Assembly (NCBI GenBank): GCA_963665235.2
Contig: CAXXLX010000001.1
Coordinates: 544,001 to 608,000 of the forward strand
Direction of reading: 5' to 3'
Source of the DNA: Candidatus Poribacteria bacterium
Lineage (GTDB): Bacteria > Poribacteria > WGA-4E > WGA-3G
DNA: 64,000 nt
Below, piece after piece: positions 61,283 through 64,000 of the stretch (position 1 is the first letter of the stretch; the number at the start of each line of letters is the position of its first letter). Position numbers and translations under genes: made by a program. Below the pieces are notes generated by a model that was given only the letters and a program-made list of their open reading frames with translations, had not been told where the DNA came from and did no database searches.

Positions 61283-62118
61283 GGGTGTGTAAAGTTTTTG
61301 TACAAAACCGGTGTAAATGTTACACTTTCGACACAAAGTGTAACATTTGGCTCTCGGTTCTGAATGTGTCTGAACGCACGCCACGCATAGCTTTGTAAGC
61401 CGTTTTGTCCTCTCTCTTTCGCAACACAAAAAAAACAAAGTGTGTCATTTCAAACGCCCATTTCGGGTATCTGTTCTGACAACTTTTCTTACCGTTCCAC
61501 CGCCTACTTTTTGACACCGGGGCCGGTGAAAATGTTACACTTTCGACACAAAGTGTAACATTTGGTTCTCGGTGTTGCATGTGCCTGAACGCCCGCCCTG
61601 TCTATGTTTGTAAGCGTTTTTGTCCTCTCTTTTTCGCAACAGAAAAAAACGCGTTGTGTCATTTCGACCGCCGATTTCGGGTATCAGTTCATCGGAGTTT
61701 TCTTATCGTTCTGCCGCCTACTTTTTTGTGCGGTTTGTGTGTAAATGTTACACTTTTGACACAAAGTGTAACATTTGGTTTTGGGTGTTTCCTGTGTGTG
61801 AACGCCCGCCCCGTCTATGTTTGTAAGCGTTTTTGTCCTCTCTTTTTCGCAACAGAAAAAAACGCGTTGTGTCATTTCAACTGCCGATTTCGGGTATCTG
61901 TCCTGACCACTTTTCTTACTGTTTTGCCTCCTACTTTTTGACACCGTTCCGGTGCCAATGTTACACTTTTGACACACGCTATCGATGTCTGGTCAGGTGA
62001 GTTGCAAAACACACCGCTTGCCTCCCAAAAATGTTTTGGGGTGCTGTTATATTAGTTGCGAACTGTTCTATTTTTCTTCAGAAAAAATATCGCAGCCGTA
62101 CAAAAACTTTACACACCC
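61283..62118. mobile_element. Non-coding element with 21-bp TIRs carrying ~214-bp repeats
   Basis: GGGTGTGTAAAGTTTTTGTAC...GTACAAAAACTTTACACACCC; solo ends also at ~15370 and ~26897. Confidence 0.8.
61315..61976. repeat. Three and a partial ~214-bp diverged tandem repeats, each headed by a hairpin
   Basis: AAATGTTACACTTT-YGACAC-AAAGTGTAACATTT at 61315, 61530 and ~61744; half-site at 61957. Confidence 0.9.
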
Positions 62119-62119
62119 C

Positions 62120-62148
62120 TTGACAATTCCAGAAAAATACGGTAAAAT
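62120..62148 (+). promoter_or_regulatory. Sigma70 promoter of the thioredoxin lipoprotein
   Basis: TTGACA-17 nt-TAAAAT. Confidence 0.75.
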
Positions 62149-62239
62149 ACAAACAGAATAAGAGATTAAAGCGCGTTCTACGATTTAACGCGGACCACAC
62201 TTACGAAACCACTTCATCTATTTGACTACGGAGGATTTC

Positions 62240-63199
62240 ATGAAACTATTTTCTAGAACACTCATCCTAATCACAGCTGCCCTGTTTACAGTTTACATGG
62301 TCGGTTGTGGAGCTGATGAGGATGCTGACACAGCACTGTTTATGAGTGCTACGCCAGCTGATGGAGAGATTGAAGCAAACGGAAGCATCACGGTGACCTT
62401 CGACAAAACCCCCGCAAATTTTAAAGCAAGTGCCGGGAAAAAGGTCACTGTTAGCGGCCAAATTGCCACTATTGAGGGGCCCTTCACACCGGGCGAGCTT
62501 GAACTCACTATCACCTGGGAAAATGGCGAACAAACGCTCAAATACACTGTCCTTGATGGAGATATTGACCGTCCTAAAGTCATAGGCGGGACTATCAGAA
62601 ATGGGGATGACGCAGTTGAATCTAAACAGATTAACGCTGATGGCCGAATCGAAATTGAGTTTGACGAGAACGTAACCGGACAGGTTGCACTGCAAACCGC
62701 AGTAGGTGAACCCCTCGGATGGTTCGGTAAAGTTGAAGGCAATAAAGCTGTCCTTGAATTTATCGACGGTGAAGAACTTGATACTGGGACCGATTACATC
62801 ATCAAGGGACGAGTCACAGATGCTGATGGTAATACAGCAAGCTTCACTGTTAACTTTTTAACCGCGGGACCCCCGCGCAGCCCGTTTGTTGTGACCGATA
62901 CGTCGTTTGACCGCCTTGTGCTGCGAGCTGAACTACCGGTAGTGGTTGCATTTGGAGCGGTCTGGTGAGCAATCTGCCAACAAATGGAGCCAGTTGTCTC
63001 CAAAGTTGCAACAGAATACCGGGATAGATTCTCTATCGCGAATATGGACATTGATAAGAGCTCGAAGACATATCCTAAATATGGCATTAATGCAATTCCA
63101 ACATACCTCGTATTTAAAGAGGGGAAGCTAGTGCTACGTTTCAGAGGTTTAACTCCAGAGGCCGATTTCGTAAAGAAAGTTCTTGGAGCGATAAGATAG
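62240..63199 (+). CDS. Lipoprotein with Ig-like domains and a C-terminal selenocysteine thioredoxin (W-U-A-I-C)
   Basis: Lipobox MVGC. An in-frame TGA at 62966 occupies the first Cys position of WCxxC, and the frame continues to AIPT and a TAG stop. Confidence 0.85.
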
Positions 63200-63362
63200 C
63201 GATAAGCTTATAAATTGGCAGGCGTGCTGCCCTTTGTAGATACCGATGCAAAACGCACATTCAGCGTTGAGTGGAGGCTTTGTTGGCACGCCTATTTCTT
63301 CATATTGAAAACGGTAATTGCTACTAAAGGACAAAAAGATGTCTAATCAAACCGCTAAACCG

Positions 63363-63424
63363 ATAAAGGAGGCGGGCATTCGTCCCCGCGCTAAAGCCTC
63401 GGGGTCTCCTGCCCGAACGTTTTG
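63363..63424 (-). mobile_element. 62-bp single-hairpin IS605-derived miniature element (PATE-like)
   Basis: TCAT target, GAGA guide, hairpin CCCCGAGGCTTTAGCGCGGGG with TTCGGGC/GCCCGC arms as in the 58710 left end. Removal restores MSNQTAKP|MTGRERV. Confidence 0.7.
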
Positions 63425-64000
63425 ATGACAGGTCGAGAACGTGTGCTTGCTGCGCTCCGCAATGAGCCAACCGACCGTACGCCTGTTTGCAACCCGACCT
63501 CAGTCGCCACCGTTGAACTCATGGATCTGGTCGATGCGCCGTTTCCGCAGGCAAATCGCGAACCGGAACTTATGGCGAGACTCGCCGCTACAGGCTATAC
63601 CGAACTCGGTTTCGATACCATTATGCCGGTTTTCACGATTATCCAAGAATCCAGTGCCCTCGGATGTAAAATTCAGTGGGAACAGAAGGATAATTGGCCG
63701 ACTGTCAAAATGCGTGAACCTATCTGGGAAGATGTTGACGACATTACTATTCCTAGCGATTTTTTGACGCACCCAGACACACAATGTGTCCTTGAAGCTA
63801 TTAAAATCCTAAAGCGGGAGTATGGCGATGAAGTCGCCGTCATCGGAAAAACGATGGGCCCCTGGTCGCTTGGCTATCACTGTTTCGGTGTAGAGCCGTT
63901 CCTACTGCTTTCTCTCGATGACCCGGGTAAAACGAAGCTTGCACTGGATAGAATGAAGGAAGCGACTGTGCAATTCGGTCTTGCACAAATTGATGCGGGG
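63425..64000 (+). CDS. MtaA/CmuA-type methyltransferase (uroporphyrinogen decarboxylase family), partial
   Basis: My translation: MTGRERVLAALRNEPTDRTPV...LGFDTIMPVF...GKTMGPWSL; open to the window end. Confidence 0.85.
   Translation, partial: MTGRERVLAALRNEPTDRTPVCNPTSVATVELMDLVDAPFPQANREPELMARLAATGYTELGFDTIMPVFTIIQESSALGCKIQWEQKDNWPTVKMREPIWEDVDDITIPSDFLTHPDTQCVLEAIKILKREYGDEVAVIGKTMGPWSLGYHCFGVEPFLLLSLDDPGKTKLALDRMKEATVQFGLAQIDAG

Noticed and set aside
61320-61977. ORFs inside the 214-bp repeats
   Set aside because: They occur on both strands, the unit length is not consistently a multiple of three, and no frame is conserved between units.

Overview
Bacterial chromosomal window. The lamin-tail and Ig-repeat surface proteins, the C-terminal GKxxxTWAxxK motif, the C-type lectin proteins and the dense MITE/REP load resemble Candidatus Poribacteria (inference, not a search result). 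It holds ordinary metabolic genes (dgoD, pyrD, pyrB, iolC, iolD, eda, folE, purE, xylonate dehydratase), a partner-switching/two-component cluster and several secreted repeat proteins, among them a ~3,300-aa Ig-repeat adhesin with a sigma54 promoter and a broken 5' end. The non-coding DNA is crowded with IS200/IS605 elements, MITEs and REP arrays. Main leads: (1) an ORF-less 498-bp IS605 derivative that has its own consensus promoter and encodes only a structured omegaRNA-like RNA; (2) a selenocysteine (UxxC) thioredoxin lipoprotein that the ORF caller split in two; (3) two HUH-element insertions just inside gene starts, both leaving stop/start overlaps that could rescue translation; (4) a ~24-nt micro-element inserted at the GT^AG foot of three different REP families; (5) an AT-rich TIGR04255-type operon that may be a toxin-antitoxin or defence module. 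No rRNA, tRNA, cas gene or true CRISPR array was recognised.
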